DNA of 64,000 nt from an uncultured Nitrososphaerota archaeon (GTDB lineage Archaea > Thermoproteota > Nitrososphaeria > Nitrososphaerales > Gagatemarchaeaceae): contig CAVRAG010000008.1 of the NCBI GenBank assembly GCA_963718895.1, forward strand, positions 128,001-192,000, written 5' to 3'. Shown here piece after piece: positions 1 through 10,705 of the stretch; position 1 is the first letter of the stretch; each line of letters opens with the position of its first letter. The notes beneath the pieces were generated by a model that was not told the DNA's origin, made no database searches, and saw only the letters and a list, made by a program, of their open reading frames with translations. A program made the position numbers and the translations under genes.

Positions 1-1566
1 GAGGAGTAAAGGCCTGAGCGGGAGTAGTATTCCCTTGATTCAGGTTGGCTTCTTGTCATTTCTTCTGAATCCAAGTAAGGGGGATTGCCAATCACCACAT
101 CAAACCCACCATCTCGGATGACTGATGGGAACGCTTCCTGCCAGACGAGCGCGTTCTCGTCGACGGAAGGGTCCGAAATGAGCGAGTTTCCCAGCCGGAT
201 GTTCTTGCTCAAGAATGGCAAGATTGTCCTTTGTTCGAGAATTTGAATCAAGAGGTTGAGTTGGGCAAGTTGGACGGCTTTGGGATCCAAGTCAACTCCG
301 TGAACAGATTTGTCGAGGAGTGCTGCCTTTTGGGCCATTCCTGAAACCTTGTATTGGTTTTCGAGAAATGAGAATGCCTTGATCAAGAACGAGCCTGAAC
401 CGCAAGCCATGTCGAGAACTGTTGGAGGCTCGGTCGCAGAGTGCGAGTCCAACAGATTGCCGATTGTATTTCTTACAATGAAATCAACGATGTATGTTGG
501 CGTGTAGTAACTCCCCATCTTCTTTCGCTGGGCATAGCTCTCAACAATCGCAGTTTTTTTCTTGAACTTCTTGAGCATGAAACCTAAGTATTCCTCGTAA
601 ATGCTCCCAAGGACGTCAGCGTCTATTGCGGCGAAATCATACTCATACTCTTCGGGACCATCGTAAAGTTCCTCGACTATCTGATTGAGCGAGTGGTCAT
701 CTATTGTAAGTCTGTCGCAAAGGTGTTTTGCGAAGAGATTGCTATCGTAGTTAGCATCGAACTGAGAAAACAATCCGACAAGTAGTTCGTAGAAGGGCCT
801 CCCAGACGCGAATTACTTTCCAGTCTCTCCACTGAGCCCTGAGCGTCTGGGGTTCCAATCGTTTGTCTTCAGCGACGCGAATGAAGATTAGCCTGTCCAG
901 AATCCGCTGAACGCTTTCGTCAAGATTCTGACTGTCTACGAGAGTACTCATGTTGGTTTTGTTCGAGGAGATGGATCTCGTGAGTATCCGCCTCCATTTC
1001 ACGAGGTCGTCAAAGAGTTGTTCTACAACCGGAGTAACTTGAATCCTCTTCCTTTGGTGGCCCCAGGAAATGGCTCTGATATCGATCTCATCTGCTTGGA
1101 AGCTATCCTTGCTGAGGAGCCAGAGGTCGTCGAAGCGAGGAACGAATTCATCGTATCTGAGTTGAACAAAGAGCTTGTCAGCTGTTCGTTGTGATTTCCA
1201 ATCAGCGTTGTATACTCTAATCTCTTTGAAGTTCGACAAAACTGCCCACGTGGTTGATTTAAGCCACGAATAGTTGATTGCTTGCTTCGCGTGGTCGACC
1301 TCAAGGTTCTCGGTTAGTGCTTTGGCTTCAAAAAAGAACTTCGGTATTCCGTCAATTCGAAATCCGTAGTCGACTCTCTTTCTTGCGATTGTTTCCTCAG
1401 CACTGACTTCAGCGGAATCTTCAATGTTCCAGTTGAGCGCCCGGAAGAGGGGGAGCAGGAAGTCCTTCTTTGTTTGTTCTTCGTTGAAATTTGAAACAGC
1501 GCCCATGTCGACGTACTTCTGGACGAGAACCTCAACTTGATCGCGTGATTCTTTCTTGGAGAACGT
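1..1566 (-). CDS. Type IIG (Eco57I-like) restriction endonuclease / N6-adenine methyltransferase fusion; one frameshift near 800-820; truncated by window edge
   Basis: N-terminal HsdR_N-type PD-(D/E)xK region (RVDYGF..FFEAK..QAINY). The shifted frame reads YYTPTYIVDFIV, VLDMACGSGSFL (motif I) and GFDVVIGNPPY (motif IV). In-frame extension upstream of ATG 1506 to a possible ACG at 1566. Confidence 0.85.
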
Positions 1567-1694
1567 GAGGTATCAACGGTTAGGTAGGCTTCGTTGGGGA
1601 TTTATCCATTGAGTAATAGCCTACGGTCAGCTGCGGGGACGGAATCGGGAACCGGTCGTGGCGTTGTTAGTGGCGTAGGCAAGGAGGGAAATCT

Positions 1695-1916
1695 TCAGTA
1701 GCTGTGTTCCCAGCGATGTCCGTAGAAGTCCTTCTTTCCACGGAACTCCTTGTAGCATACCTGACAGACGAAGCGGGCAGACTTTGGATGGCTTTCACAA
1801 CCCGAAATGAAGATCTTACCTCCGGGATATGCAGTGACCTCACAACCGCAGAGTTCCACCTTCCTCTTTCCTAGACCTCTGAATTTCCATTCGGGCTTGG
1901 ACTTGGCCTGAAGCAA
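1695..1916 (-). CDS. Small protein with C-terminal C2H2 zinc finger
   Basis: FVCQVCYKEFRGKKDFYGHRWEH matches the C-x2-C-x3-F-x8-H-x3-H pattern. Confidence 0.55.
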   Translation of the reverse strand: MLQAKSKPEWKFRGLGKRKVELCGCEVTAYPGGKIFISGCESHPKSARFVCQVCYKEFRGKKDFYGHRWEHSY

Positions 1917-2048
1917 CAGTGGTTGGGCTGCATAGCTGTGATTTAAGCTGTGTATCGAAGCGTGCCATTGAGAGTGAGGGGAGCAGAACCGAAGACTCCT
2001 GACGAAAAGAGTGCGAGAAAAACCAAGAGGTTTGTCTCGTAGTGCGGA

Positions 2049-2073
2049 GCGCGGGGGGCGAAGCCCACCGCGC
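2049..2073. repeat. GC-rich hairpin with GCGAAGC mini-hairpin loop
   Basis: GCGCGG-G-GGGC-GAA-GCCC-A-CCGCGC, just downstream of the integrase stop. Confidence 0.7.
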
Positions 2074-2085
2074 AGCTATCTTGGC

Positions 2086-3190
2086 TCAGTGAACTAGTTG
2101 GTCTGTAAGTAGTTTGGTGAGTTTCATTATCTGGTCTTTGAGTTCTGCGTTCTCTCTCTTCAGGTCGTCGAGGTCGCTTGCTTGCCTGAACGGTTCTCTT
2201 GGTTCGTCGGGTTCTATTGGACTCGCTATGGAAAGGTAGGGCGCAAGGTATCTGTCATATTCTTTGACGAGTTCGGAGTAGTCCTCTAGGGTGTATGTGC
2301 TTGCATTGTGTCCGTGGGTCTGTCTGTCGCCCATGAGGTAATCCCAAGAGTTCACGGGCATCGCCGTCTTCCCTGCGATGGTATGGAATCTCTTCCGAAG
2401 GTAGTGGCTTGTCAACCGCACTCCAAATCTGGACAGGGCGAGCTTCGTGATGTCTCGCCACAGAGTCTCATGGTTGGGGAACGGTGAAGACTTGTTGGCT
2501 GATTCACAGTAACGCCTTAACCAGTCTGCAAAGGTTCTGGGAATGATGCAAATGTGATCGTTTCTGGCCTTGGTCTGGGCGGCTTTGACATGGAGAAGGG
2601 TGTATCGCTCGTCGAAGTCCTCCCACTGGGTTGTAGCTGACGTTGGAGCAAAGGGAAGTAACCCGTTCGCCGGCGTAGGCCTGAAAGTCCATGATAGCAT
2701 GGTGCTCATGGTCGAAGCATGTCGTAGATTGCCTTGAGAATCCCGGGGCTAATCTTGCGGGTCGAATGAGTGAAGGTCGTGTTAAACGATGCTTGGAGAG
2801 GACAGCGGTTCGCCTTGAATATGCCTTTCACTGTCGCTCCGTATATCGTGTGGCTTGTCGTCGGTTTCTCGGAAACGAAGAGCAGGAGCTTGTTATCGGT
2901 CGTGAAGTCATCGTCCTTGTGCTCTCTGCGAGTCTGAGCAATGAGGTCTGATACGGCGGTCGGGGTGATTGGTCTTCCGATAAAGTCGAGAAGTATCTAA
3001 TGGACGCTAGACTGTGGCGGCGGGTGAACCGAGATAGGAAGCCGTTGTTTCGCTTCTTCTGGGCCACGGTTGCGAAGTAGACCTCCATGGCCTTGTCCAG
3101 AGCCAGAATGCAGTGAAGCCTGTGGGACTCTTGGTCTCGCTTTGACCCGCTTGGGCGCTTCCGGGTCTGCTTTACGCCTCTACGCTCCAC
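2086..3190 (-). CDS. Tyrosine recombinase/integrase, broken by about 3 frameshifts (pseudogene or sequencing errors)
   Basis: Motifs across frames: DFQAYAGERVTSL (catalytic Arg), TKARNDH (Lys), SHYLRKRF (HxxR-like), YLMGD..HNASTY (Tyr). Confidence 0.75.
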
Positions 3191-3241
3191 GGCGTTATAC
3201 GAATTATGTTCATTAACCCTGACAGGAGCACGTCCGAACGC

Positions 3242-4687
3242 ATGTCCGAGAGCAAGCAGGAAGGCATCACGGTCAAGAAGAGAGAGGACTTCGACGAGTG
3301 GTACACGCAGGCGATAATCAAATCAGAGTTCGCAGACTACAGCCCCGTCTCCGGATGCCTGGTCTACCGGCCGTCGGGATATGCCATCTGGGAGCGGATA
3401 CGCGACGCGACCGACGTCGAGTTCAAGAAGGCAGGGATCCAGAACGCATACTTCCCCCTCTTCATCCCCGAGCGCCTCCTCAGGAAGGAGCAGGAGCACG
3501 TGAAGGGGTTCGCCCCGGAGGTCGCCTGGGTCACCGAGGCGGGCGACTCCAAGCTCGAGGAGAGGCTGGCGATCCGGCCCACCTCGGAGACGATAATTTA
3601 CGAGGTAGTGAGGAGGTGGATCAGGTCCTGGAGGGACCTCCCGCTCAGGCTCAACCTCTGGAACAACGTGGTCAGGTGGGAGTTCAAGCACCCCACGCCG
3701 TTCCTGCGGGGGAGGGAGTTCCTCTGGAACGAGGGGCACACGATGTTCGCGACCCGCGACGAGGCCGACGCCGAGCGGGACCAGATAATGGGGATATACA
3801 GGAAGATAACCGAGGAGCTCCTCGCCCTGCCCGGCCTGATGGGCAAGAAGACGGACAGCGAGAAGTTCGCTGGGGCGCTCGCGAGCTACAGCATCGAGCA
3901 CGTCATGCCGAACGGGAAGGCGATACAGGGCCCGGACTTCCATTCGGACGGCCAAAACTTCGCCAAGGCCTTCGACCTGGGCTTCGTCGACCAGAAGGGC
4001 GAGAGGCAGCTCGTCTGGCAGAACACCTGGGCAATCACGACCAGGGAGATCGGGGTGATGATAGCCACCCACGGCGACGACAAGGGACCGATACTGCCCC
4101 CGAAGGTCGCGCCCATCCAGGCCGTGATCGTGCCCATAGTCAACGAGCAGACGAGGTCGGCCGTCCTTGAGGTCGCGGACAGGATGCGCGAGGACCTAGC
4201 GGCGTCGTTCTCGGTCAAAGTCGACGAGAGGGACTACATCACGCCCGGGAGGAAGTTCAACGAGTGGGAGCTCAGGGGAGTGCCGCTCCGAATCGAGGTC
4301 GGACCCAGGGACATAGCCCAGAACCAGGCGGTCCTCGCTAGGCGGGACACCGGAGCGAAGCGGCCGGTGAAGATACCGGAGCTGAGGGCCGAGGTCGGGA
4401 AGGAGCTGGACGAGATACAGGCGAACCTGCTCGCAAGGGCCCGGGCCTCGCTCGCTGCGAACGTCCACGCTGCGGAGACTTACGACGAGCTCAAGACGCT
4501 CATTACCTCCGTCGGCGGGGTGATCCAGGCCCCCTGGTGCGGCTCGGCCGCGTGCGAGGAGAAGGTGAAGCAGGAGACCGGCGCCAAGGTGATCAACATC
4601 CCCCTGGAGGAGGAGAGTGTCGCAAGTCCGTGCATCGCCTGCGGGGCGGCGGGGCAGATGATCGCCAACTTCGCAAAGTCTTACTGA
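3242..4687 (+). CDS. proS: Prolyl-tRNA synthetase (archaeal/eukaryotic type)
   Basis: KKREDFDEWY, IRPTSET, RWEFKHPTPFLRGREFLWNEGHT, C-terminal Zn-binding domain ending FAKSY. Confidence 0.97.
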   Translation: MSESKQEGITVKKREDFDEWYTQAIIKSEFADYSPVSGCLVYRPSGYAIWERIRDATDVEFKKAGIQNAYFPLFIPERLLRKEQEHVKGFAPEVAWVTEAGDSKLEERLAIRPTSETIIYEVVRRWIRSWRDLPLRLNLWNNVVRWEFKHPTPFLRGREFLWNEGHTMFATRDEADAERDQIMGIYRKITEELLALPGLMGKKTDSEKFAGALASYSIEHVMPNGKAIQGPDFHSDGQNFAKAFDLGFVDQKGERQLVWQNTWAITTREIGVMIATHGDDKGPILPPKVAPIQAVIVPIVNEQTRSAVLEVADRMREDLAASFSVKVDERDYITPGRKFNEWELRGVPLRIEVGPRDIAQNQAVLARRDTGAKRPVKIPELRAEVGKELDEIQANLLARARASLAANVHAAETYDELKTLITSVGGVIQAPWCGSAACEEKVKQETGAKVINIPLEEESVASPCIACGAAGQMIANFAKSY

Positions 4688-4689
4688 GC

Positions 4690-5592
4690 CTAGGCCGTGG
4701 CGACCGTCACGGCCGACGAGTAGAGGCGCCGCGCGACCTGGTCCACGCTCCTCGGCAGGTCGACCTTCCCGAGTGCTATCGAGGTCAGGGAGAGCGATGA
4801 GGCGGCTATCCCGAAGCAGCAGGACCAGAGGAAGTCCCTCGACCGCAGGAAGCACGTGACGAGCGACCCCGCGAAGATGTCACCTGCGCCCGTGCTGTCC
4901 ATCACCTTCACGCTCGGGACCTCGACCTTCATTATCCTGGTGCCGTCGAGGATCATCGCAGGGTTCCCGCCTCTCGTTATGACCGCCTTCCGGATCTTCT
5001 TCGAGGAGAGCTTCTCGAAGGCCTCGGTGGGGAGCGTCTTGCCGGTGATCGCCTCGCACTCTGCCGTGTCCATCTTCAGTGCGTCGATGTTCCCCATCAC
5101 CTTCTCGTTGTACCACGGGCTCATGCCGACCTTGCCCGTGGAGTCGAAGCTTCTCACGTAACCCTGCGGGTCCAGGAAGCAAAAGTCCGACCTCCGGCGC
5201 ACCTCGTCGAAGACCGGCTGCGGGATCTCGTTGGCCAGGGGGCTTATCAGGGCGGCGTTGTAGTGAGTGTCGGCGACCTGATCGATCCCGATGTCCTCGC
5301 ACCTTTCGAGGAGGTACAGCACCCTCTCGTCCTCCTTCACGACCAGCTTGAACCGCGTCGTCTTCTTCGTCATGCTCTTGTCGACCGCCTTGAGCTGGAG
5401 TCCGTTCCGGGAGAGCCAGACTAGCTGCTCGTCGGGGAAGTCGATCCCAATCTTCGTCAGCGCCGTGACATCGAGCCCGAATCGTGCGCACAGGAGCCCC
5501 GCGTAGGAGGGCGGACCTCCCACGGACGAGATCGTCCTCATCGGGAGTTCGATCCTGTCTATGGTCATGAATCCGGCGACAAGGACGTTCAT
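4690..5592 (-). CDS. PfkB/ribokinase-family carbohydrate kinase
   Basis: GGPPSY N-terminal motif and DSTGAGDIF signature. Confidence 0.9.
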   Translation of the reverse strand: MNVLVAGFMTIDRIELPMRTISSVGGPPSYAGLLCARFGLDVTALTKIGIDFPDEQLVWLSRNGLQLKAVDKSMTKKTTRFKLVVKEDERVLYLLERCEDIGIDQVADTHYNAALISPLANEIPQPVFDEVRRRSDFCFLDPQGYVRSFDSTGKVGMSPWYNEKVMGNIDALKMDTAECEAITGKTLPTEAFEKLSSKKIRKAVITRGGNPAMILDGTRIMKVEVPSVKVMDSTGAGDIFAGSLVTCFLRSRDFLWSCCFGIAASSLSLTSIALGKVDLPRSVDQVARRLYSSAVTVATA

Positions 5593-5782
5593 CGCAGGTC
5601 CACAGCGTACAAATTCGAGATTATCTAAGATTTTGCGCGATAGTTAAACACTCATTCCGCCCGCTCCCTTCCTCTTGCGTTCGTGACGAGGATTTGAGGC
5701 TCCCAAACTGCTGGCGCATCCGGCCGTCTTCTCGATGGTTCCGGCAAAGGGATGGGTTTCGGTTCATGCGAGAGGTTCGTGG

Positions 5783-6566
5783 TTACTTCGTCGCCGGTAG
5801 ACCGACCTTCTGTTGACTCGGCCCTGGCACGCTTCCTCCTCTGGGTGTTCCTGCCGCTTCGGTGGCGATAATCTTCCGAAGGATCTTGCACTGTTTGCCT
5901 ATGGTGACTTCTCCGACGCCGACCATATCCGCTACAGCCGTCTGGGTCAGCGTCTGGCCATCCTTCAAAGACGCGAGGTACAGAGCAGAAGCGGCGATCG
6001 CCAAGGGTCGCGGGCCACCCGTGATCCCCGCCTTCGCGGCCCTCGACAGAATCTCGCGGGCGTCCGCCTCCACGTCCGGGCGGGCCCCCACGCTAGAAGC
6101 CACCCTCGACAGGTACTCAACGGGTTCGGAGATGGGGATTCTCCAGGCCGAGCCCCGTGACCAGCAGCCTGTAGCACCGCCAGATGTCATCTCTGGGCAC
6201 GCCGCTGGCCGCGACCGCGTCGTCGAGTGTAACTGGGACCTCCCTCTCTCTGCAGGCCGCGTAGAGCGACGAAACCTCTATCTCCAGATTCGTCCATCCT
6301 TTTGTGAGACCTCGATCCATAGCTCTTGCGCGTACACTGGCAGCTTCGTCCGCTACGGCGTCGGGGACCGAGAGCGGCTCGCGACGCTTATGCAGTCCTC
6401 CAGGCGTCATCCTCAAGCTCCGACCCCTCAACTCGGGCTCGCTGCCCCAATAGATCAGTGTCTTCACCTTCTTCGGCCTTGACTGTGCCATGACCGTCAC
6501 CAACTCCTTTTCAGCGCGCCAGCCCCGATCCACCGACATAGGGATCGACGGCGGTTGCCTCGTCAC
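5783..6566 (-). pseudogene. tfb: Divergent TFB paralogue (two cyclin folds), frameshifted near 6145, zinc ribbon not recognisable
   Basis: SLYAACREREVPVTLDD; VEYLSRVAS...GPRPLAIAASALYLAS..LTQTAVADMVGVGEVTI. Confidence 0.7.
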
Positions 6567-7059
6567 CCAGCGAGAGGACCGAGTTACCTATCTTGGGGCA
6601 CCCCCCAAGCGCGATGCAGGGGACACGAATTTCGGCACACGCGTGGCGAGCCTCCGAAGTGACCGGTTGTCCAGACGCGATGCTCGGCAGAAAGGGAAGG
6701 GAAGGAGGCCCCTCGCCTAGGAACGACCTGAGCATGATATCCGAACGGCAGAATTCCTAGTTAAGCGGGACGTAACATGTGCACACAGACTGACTCGATT
6801 TGCACCCGTCGCTGGGAAGGGAGGCGTCTGCGCGTGAGGTGCTGTTCGGCGAGGAAGCCCCGATCGATCGTGCTGGCGTGTGCCTCCGTTTCTGAAGTAT
6901 CTTATGGCGATGTTCTGGGAGCGTCGCTGGCCGCTTCGCCCTCAAGCTGACAGGACCAAGCCCAGGGCATCGGTTGACGACCGTAGCTTCCGTCGAGGTG
7001 CGATCCCGCCCCTGAGCAGAAAGAGGGGTTGCCCAGGGTCTCCGGGAAGGGCTTCCCCG

Positions 7060-8721
7060 TCAGACCGGTACCGGGGCGTTCATCTCGTCGGTCCTCTCCA
7101 TCCCCTTCTTCGGGTGGAAGTCGACCGGCTTCCTCATGACGATGTTGTCGACGCGGAGTATCATCGAGGCCGCCTCGGTCGCCGCGAGGACCACCTGCCT
7201 CTTCACGCTTAGCGGCTCGAGGACCTGCTCCTTCTTCATGTCCTTCACCTTCCCGTCGGAAGATATCCCGTAGTACCTGCCTCCCTCGGCGTGCCTCGCC
7301 CGGAGCTCCGCGGCGGTGTTTATCCTGTCCATCCCCGCGTTCTCTGCCAGGGTCACGGGGATCACCTCGAGCGCCTCGGCGAACTTCTCGGCGGCGAGCT
7401 GGCCCCTGCCTTCGAGGCCCTCCGACCACTTCTGGACCTGATAGGCGGCCTCGGCCTCGGCTGCCCCTCCTCCCGCCACCAGGGCGGGCTCCTGGAGGAC
7501 GTCCTTGGCGACCATGAGCGCGTCGTGGATCGAGCGCTCGCCCTCTTCGATGACGCGCTTCGAGCCTCCCCTGATGAGTATGGTGACCGCCTTGGGGTCC
7601 CGGCAGCCCTCGATGAAGAGCAGCTTGTCGTTGTCGAGGGTCTTCTCCTCGACCACGTCGGCGTAGCCCAGGTCCTCCGGCCTGAGGTCGTCGAAGTTGT
7701 CGACGATCCTCGCGCCGACGGCCTTGGCCGTCCTCGGCATCTCGTACTCGTAGGCCTTCTGGACCGCGTTGATCCCGGCCCTCGACAGGAGGCTCTGGGC
7801 GATCTCGTCGATCTCCTTCTGGCAGATGACCATCGTCGCGCCCGAGGCCTTGACCTTGTTGACCATGTCCCTGAACATCCGCGTCTCCTCGTCGAGGAAC
7901 TTTGTGAGCTTCGAGGCGTCCCGTATCGTGATCATGTTGTTGAAGGTGGTCGACTCGATGGTGAAGGGGACGTTGAGGATCGCTATCTTCGCCTTCTCGA
8001 TCCTCCTCGGCATGTTCGGGTGGACCAGCTTCTGGTCGAGGACGACCCCGCGGATGAACTTCGTGTCAGAGATCGCCCCGCCGGCCTTCTTCTCCACCTT
8101 GATGTTCTTCATGTCGACTAGGTACCTTCCGTCCTTCTCCTGGGCGACGTGGAGGACCGCATCCGCGACGGCCTCGGCGAGGACGCCCGAGTAGCTGGCG
8201 ACGACCTTCGATTGCATGCTGGTCTTGGCGGTCCTGACCAGCGCCTCCCTGTCGTGCGCAGGGACGGCGAACGAGGCCCCCTCGATCACTTCGGTGGCCT
8301 TCTTGGCGGCCTTGGCGAAGCCGCTCACTATCACCACGGGGTGGAGCCCCTTCTTGAGGAGCTCCTCGGCCTTCTCGAGGAGCGCGCCGGCCAGGACGAC
8401 AGCCGAGGTCGTGCCGTCGCCGACGACGGTGTCCGTGGCCTTGGAGAGCTCGATGAGTATCTTCGCCGCGGGGTGCTGGACCTGCATCTCCTTGAGCATC
8501 GTCGCGCCGTCGTTGGTTATCGTTATGACCCCCTCGTATGAGACGAGCATCTTGTCCATGCCGTGCGGGCCCAGGGAGGTCCGGACGACCGCGGCTATCA
8601 TGACCGCCGCGTGGATGTTGTGCGCGCGGGCCTGGTCCCCCTTGGACTGGGTCGCCTCATCGGTGAGTATCTGCACAGGCTGTTCCTTTGAGCTGACCGC
8701 AGGGACGGGTCCGATTGACAC
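7060..8721 (-). CDS. ths: Thermosome (group II chaperonin) subunit
   Basis: TSLGPHGMDKML, ITNDGAT, GDGTTS, GGGAAE motifs. Confidence 0.96.
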   Translation of the reverse strand: MSIGPVPAVSSKEQPVQILTDEATQSKGDQARAHNIHAAVMIAAVVRTSLGPHGMDKMLVSYEGVITITNDGATMLKEMQVQHPAAKILIELSKATDTVVGDGTTSAVVLAGALLEKAEELLKKGLHPVVIVSGFAKAAKKATEVIEGASFAVPAHDREALVRTAKTSMQSKVVASYSGVLAEAVADAVLHVAQEKDGRYLVDMKNIKVEKKAGGAISDTKFIRGVVLDQKLVHPNMPRRIEKAKIAILNVPFTIESTTFNNMITIRDASKLTKFLDEETRMFRDMVNKVKASGATMVICQKEIDEIAQSLLSRAGINAVQKAYEYEMPRTAKAVGARIVDNFDDLRPEDLGYADVVEEKTLDNDKLLFIEGCRDPKAVTILIRGGSKRVIEEGERSIHDALMVAKDVLQEPALVAGGGAAEAEAAYQVQKWSEGLEGRGQLAAEKFAEALEVIPVTLAENAGMDRINTAAELRARHAEGGRYYGISSDGKVKDMKKEQVLEPLSVKRQVVLAATEAASMILRVDNIVMRKPVDFHPKKGMERTDEMNAPVPV

Positions 8722-8853
8722 CTACCAGTTCCCCTTTGGGAGCGGCCTGATTCGTCGATATTTAGAACTTTCCGCACGAGAGGGCCTCCCGCGGGGCCTC
8801 GGGCGGGCCGCGCGCACTCAACCTTTTAAGCCACCCATGGGGGCGGTCAAGTT

Positions 8854-9129
8854 ATGACCAAGAAGAGGAGGAGTCGAGGACGCGCCAAGGGCGGAAAGGG
8901 GAGCTCGTCCGTCGTCTCGTGCAGTAACTGCGGATCGCACGTACCGAGGGACAAGGCAAAGAAGGTGACGACTAGACTGAGCTTGGTCGAACCACAGCTC
9001 GCAAGGGAGCTGAGGGCGGCGGGCGCGTACATTGCAGCTCCGACCACGGTTAAGTACTACTGCGTATCTTGTGCTGTGCACTACGGCATCGTCAACGTGA
9101 GAGCAAAGGCAGAACGCAGGTTCAGCTAG
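8854..9129 (+). CDS. rps26e: 30S ribosomal protein S26e
   Basis: MTKKRRSRGR, CSNCG..VPRDKAKK, YCVSCAVHYGIVNVR. Confidence 0.96.
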   Translation: MTKKRRSRGRAKGGKGSSSVVSCSNCGSHVPRDKAKKVTTRLSLVEPQLARELRAAGAYIAAPTTVKYYCVSCAVHYGIVNVRAKAERRFS

Positions 9130-9150
9130 ACACAATCGGACAAGAATTGC

Positions 9151-9170
9151 AGGAGAGACCGTTCTCTCCT
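9151..9170 (+). terminator. Perfect hairpin downstream of rps26e (terminator-like or element boundary)
   Basis: AGGAGAG-ACCGTT-CTCTCCT. Confidence 0.45.
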
Positions 9171-9232
9171 CAGCCTCCCATCCTCTAACATTGGTGCTTA
9201 AACACGGCGTCGAGGTGATTCTCCAGATAGGG

Positions 9233-10048
9233 ATGGAAGGAACTGAGAACCCATGCCGCACTGCCCGACAGCCGAAAGCCGAGCAAGCGAGAAAAGTGGT
9301 CACTCCCGCCGACAAAGAAATCCTCAGACGCATTTCAAGAATTAGGGACGCAGACTTCAGTTGCTAGGTTCTTCAGAGTTTCCAGACGGACTCTCACGCG
9401 ATGGACCGAGGAGCTTGGGCTGCATCCCGAACTTAGACCGGAAATCCCGATAGGCCAGACTTCTCTCTGGTTTGCTCACGGATCCCTCAATCAGAGTTAG
9501 GACAGAATTGCCCAGTGGATAGTCGATGAGGCGTCGATAACTGTGGCCTACAAGCCTGCGATATGATACCACCTCTCTCTTGGTGGTAGGTGCAATGAAC
9601 GATTACGGCGCGATGGAGGCAATAGCGCAAATCGAGTCTAGGGGCCACCATGTATGTCTGGACCGAGTCTCGAAGAAGGCAAGGCTTCCGACGCATGTCA
9701 TCAGAGTTCAAGGAGTGAGAGCGTACAGTCTTCTTGGCTTGATTATCGAGGAACTCACCGGCTTGAAGGCCTTGAAGCAAAAGCGGCTCTTTCCTTCTTT
9801 CCGCCTCAGGGATTCAGTCAAAGGGAAACTTGACCACTGACGTTTACATGACGGACGTGTGGAGACAATTTGCGAGACAGTCTACGGAGGCTTGGAACAA
9901 GAAAAGAAGAGTCAAACTAACTTCTCAGCAAATCGAAGACTTGGTTGAAGCATGGATCCAGAACAGAACCACCCGAGCTCGGCGGGGCCTGTACCAGGCA
10001 ACCGCACCGCTGAATGTGCAGGACATCCCTACTTCAGCGACGCCGTGA
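9233..10048 (+). pseudogene. Degenerate HTH + single-motif LAGLIDADG-like endonuclease, multiple frameshifts
   Basis: AT-richer insert. Frame-hopping gives an HTH (LGTQTSVARFFRVSRRTLTRW), then RIAQWIVDEASITV...LVVGAMND...HVIRVQGVRAYSLLGLIIEELTGLK..EAKAALSF, which resembles LAGLIDADG topology. Confidence 0.5.
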
Positions 10049-10604
10049 CCCTCGCGACCCGCTCGGCGAACGTGATCAACGCCAGCGCCGCGACCACGAT
10101 AACGCCCCACGGCAGCAGGTCGAGCAGCCCGGCGACTGCGATGACTATCAAACGCTCGGACCTCTCCCCTATGCCCACGCCCGCGAGGTTCACCGAGAGC
10201 GCGTCCGCCTTTGCCCGGGTGTAGCTCACGAGCAGGCTCGCCGCGAGCGCCAGGAAGACGAGGAAGGGCGCCGTCGAGTTCCCGAGGAGTATCCCGAGGT
10301 AGATCGATGTCTCGCCCACCCGGTCCATGGTCGAGTCGAGGAAGGCGCCCCGCCTGCTGACCCTGCCGGTCGCCCTGGCGACCGCCCCGTCGACGATGTC
10401 GAGGAGCCCGGAGACGAGGACCATCAGCCCGCCCAGGACGTCGTAGATGGGGTGCCCGGTCGAGAAGAGCACCGCGGCGAGGAGCGAGAAGAACAGGCCG
10501 GTCGCGGTCCATGCGGTCGGGGAAGGCATCACCCTCGCCGCGCCGCGCCCCACCCGGAGGGAGCCGCTGCTGAGCCTTCCCCTCAGCTTGTCGAGCACGC
10601 GCAT
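10029..10604 (-). CDS. CDP-alcohol phosphatidyltransferase (archaetidylinositol phosphate synthase-like)
   Basis: DIVDGAVAR...GAFLDSTMDR signature. Confidence 0.92.
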   Translation of the reverse strand: MRVLDKLRGRLSSGSLRVGRGAARVMPSPTAWTATGLFFSLLAAVLFSTGHPIYDVLGGLMVLVSGLLDIVDGAVARATGRVSRRGAFLDSTMDRVGETSIYLGILLGNSTAPFLVFLALAASLLVSYTRAKADALSVNLAGVGIGERSERLIVIAVAGLLDLLPWGVIVVAALALITFAERVARVTASLK

Positions 10605-10705
10605 CCTCCGCCCTGTGTTCGTATTAGAGCTCTTCCCGGGGTGCCCCGTGGCCGTCGAGACCGCAAGATTCTAAACATGGTCCCGGTGAGAGAGGCCGGT
10701 TCCAG

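Larger units (their letters stand above)
1..3200. mobile_element. Right edge of an integrated element/defence island (integrase, C2H2 protein, Type IIG R-M); continues beyond window start
   Basis: Visibly more AT-rich than flanking core genes; tyrosine integrase at the boundary next to proS; R-M cargo. Confidence 0.7.

Noticed and set aside
1-3240. tRNA gene as integrase target
   Set aside because: No cloverleaf or T-loop consensus was recognised at the junction or elsewhere in the window.
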